Origin: a virus
Lineage: Duplodnaviria; Caudoviricetes
Reading direction: 5' to 3' (one strand)
DNA: 27,261 bases
IMG/VR virus record: IMGVR_UViG_3300030376_005837
Coordinates: 1-27,261 of that record
Of the stretch, positions 25,930-27,261 are shown piece after piece. The notes below the pieces were generated by a model that did no database searches, was not told the origin of the DNA, and saw nothing but the letters and a program-made list of their open reading frames with translations. The translations under genes were made by a program, and so were the position numbers. Position 1 is the first letter of the stretch. Every line of letters starts with the position of its first letter.

Positions 25930-26423
25930 TATTTATCCTCCTTAGGTTTCCATTGTTGTACAACTACAAAACTATTTGTATTAGGATTTAAAAACTTGTT
26001 GCCCTTCATCTCTGCAACATATTTAAAACCTTTTGGATCAGGAAGATTATATAAATCTCTAGCTAACCCAAAATGAACAGCACACCTCTTAAAAGCATCT
26101 GATACCTCACCTTTTTGCTGTTCTACATTAGATTCTGTACCTACATCTGTTTTACTTACAGAATCAACAACTCCATCTTCTCTAATGAATTTGATTGTTA
26201 TAGTGCAATAAAGTATTCCTTTTTCATCTCTATGGAATTTATTACTCCAATTACATATACCAACTATTTCATCTAACTTATCTTGAATATACCTAGCATC
26301 AACATAAGCTAACATTCTTGCATACTTCTTTTCTGCCCAATTAAATGTTGAACCAGGACGATACTTTATTTCGTCTTTAGGAGTTGCAACATTCAACTTT
26401 GATAACTCATTTTCTTTTATCAT
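25929..26423 (-). CDS. sak: Sak/Rad52-family single-strand annealing recombinase
   Basis: LAYVDARYIQDKLDEIVG-NW and KTDVG-ES...KGEVSDAFKRCAVHFGLARDLY. Confidence 0.9.
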   Translation of the reverse strand: MIKENELSKLNVATPKDEIKYRPGSTFNWAEKKYARMLAYVDARYIQDKLDEIVGICNWSNKFHRDEKGILYCTITIKFIREDGVVDSVSKTDVGTESNVEQQKGEVSDAFKRCAVHFGLARDLYNLPDPKGFKYVAEMKGNKFLNPNTNSFVVVQQWKPKEDK

Positions 26424-26444
26424 TTGTTATTCCTTTTTTGTTTA
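26420..26444. repeat. 25-nt direct repeat, copy 1 (RBS and start of sak)
   Basis: TCATTTGTTATTCCTTTTTTGTTTA, identical to 27080-27104. Confidence 0.9.
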
Positions 26445-26752
26445 TAATCTGTTGGATTTTGTTCTACTATAATTTCATTTACTCTATCAATCATAATTTG
26501 TCTTGATGGAGTAAATATTTCTTTTAAATAAATCATATAAGCATCTCTCCAGTCATTGCAATCTTTATCATCTCCAAAGTCTACGATAATATTTGTTCCA
26601 TTTTTAAAGTAGAATTGTATACAGGAGTGATATTCGCCAGTACAAATCTTATTGCTAAGATCTCCATTATCTCCACCTATTGAAACAAATCCGATAATTT
26701 CATTCACTCTGAAGGTGTGATACATATCTATTGTTATAAATTCATCTTTCAT
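26420..26752 (-). CDS. Hypothetical protein
   Basis: 110 aa, AGGGA RBS, ATGA overlap with sak. Confidence 0.75.
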   Translation of the reverse strand: MKDEFITIDMYHTFRVNEIIGFVSIGGDNGDLSNKICTGEYHSCIQFYFKNGTNIIVDFGDDKDCNDWRDAYMIYLKEIFTPSRQIMIDRVNEIIVEQNPTDYKQKRNNK

Positions 26753-26762
26753 TTTATTCCCT

Positions 26763-27083
26763 TTATTGTTTTATTATTTTATCTTCTATTGCATTTTCTA
26801 TCATTACACCTTTTACTGCTAAATCAACATCTTCCATATGTTCAGTTGATTTCTTAATGCCTTTACTAAGATGAATCTTAACCCAGTTTGTATTACAGGT
26901 ATCGCACACAGGCATAGATTCTCTATGTGTTTCCCATGCCCAATCAGGAACAGGTGTTTCGTGTGCCCAAATAGTTGTTTTACCTATAACAAAAGACTTG
27001 CGAGTATATTGATCTCCTTTTTCTATTTTGCATTTACAAGAATAACATTCGTACTCTTGCCTTGCTTTTTTAGTCTTGCTCAT
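26763..27083 (-). CDS. Zn-finger protein
   Basis: KARQEYECYSCKCKIEKGDQY and VCDTC. Confidence 0.75.
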   Translation of the reverse strand: MSKTKKARQEYECYSCKCKIEKGDQYTRKSFVIGKTTIWAHETPVPDWAWETHRESMPVCDTCNTNWVKIHLSKGIKKSTEHMEDVDLAVKGVMIENAIEDKIIKQ

Positions 27084-27261
27084 TTGTTATTCCTTTTTTG
27101 TTTAATATATCTACTAATTCATCATGTCGTCTTCTTAGCTCCATGACACTTCCATGCTCGTAATATACTTTACCACTCTTACTAACATAAATCTTTAGAT
27201 CAGAATGCTTTACTTTTTTGAACTTATAAAGCTCTTCTATCTTTGATGCTTCAATCTCAAT
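27070..27261 (-). CDS. 3' part of a hypothetical protein entering from the right edge
   Basis: Open frame IEIEASKIEELYKF...NKKGITNEQD*. Confidence 0.65.
   Translation of the reverse strand: MEIEASKIEELYKFKKVKHSDLKIYVSKSGKVYYEHGSVMELRRRHDELVDILNKKGITNEQD
27080..27104. repeat. 25-nt direct repeat, copy 2 (RBS and start of the Zn-finger gene)
   Basis: Identical to 26420-26444. Confidence 0.9.

Noticed and set aside
22752-27146. Plus-strand ORFs within the early operon
   Set aside because: Antisense to well-supported genes; 24702..24923 merely spans the ncRNA
1-27261. CRISPR array, diversity-generating retroelement, introns/inteins, stop-codon recoding
   Set aside because: No spaced repeat array, reverse transcriptase or interrupted core gene seen; genes tile densely in the standard code using all three stops

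Overview
AT-rich (roughly 30% GC by eye) segment of a tailed dsDNA phage, probably a siphovirus of a Gram-negative host. No integrase, CRISPR array or host genes are visible. The large terminase and the start of a probable portal gene (- strand) point away from a long + strand late operon. That operon encodes scaffold, major capsid, an envelope/lysis block (lysozyme, metallophosphoesterase, MshEN-like membrane protein, beta-barrel-like protein, small membrane proteins), virion proteins, head-tail adaptor, tail tube, frameshifted tail chaperones, tape measure, a 1539-aa dockerin-bearing tail protein and a distal-tail-like protein. It meets, tail to tail, a - strand early operon (Sak/Rad52 recombinase, SSB-like, replication protein, C5 DNA methyltransferase, two PD-(D/E)XK nucleases, Zn-finger ORFs). 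Four observations stand out. (1) A 67-nt tRNA-mimic RNA has an anti-Shine-Dalgarno loop in place of the anticodon loop, complementary to a 25-nt repeat over two upstream early-gene start sites. (2) A tandem MshEN-like (c-di-GMP-binding type) motif is fused to a dual-start membrane protein in the lysis region. (3) A second protein with a perfect RBS is nested out of frame inside the methyltransferase. (4) A dockerin domain in the tail protein is followed by a possible cohesin-like gene. All calls come from motif recognition by eye; no searches were run.
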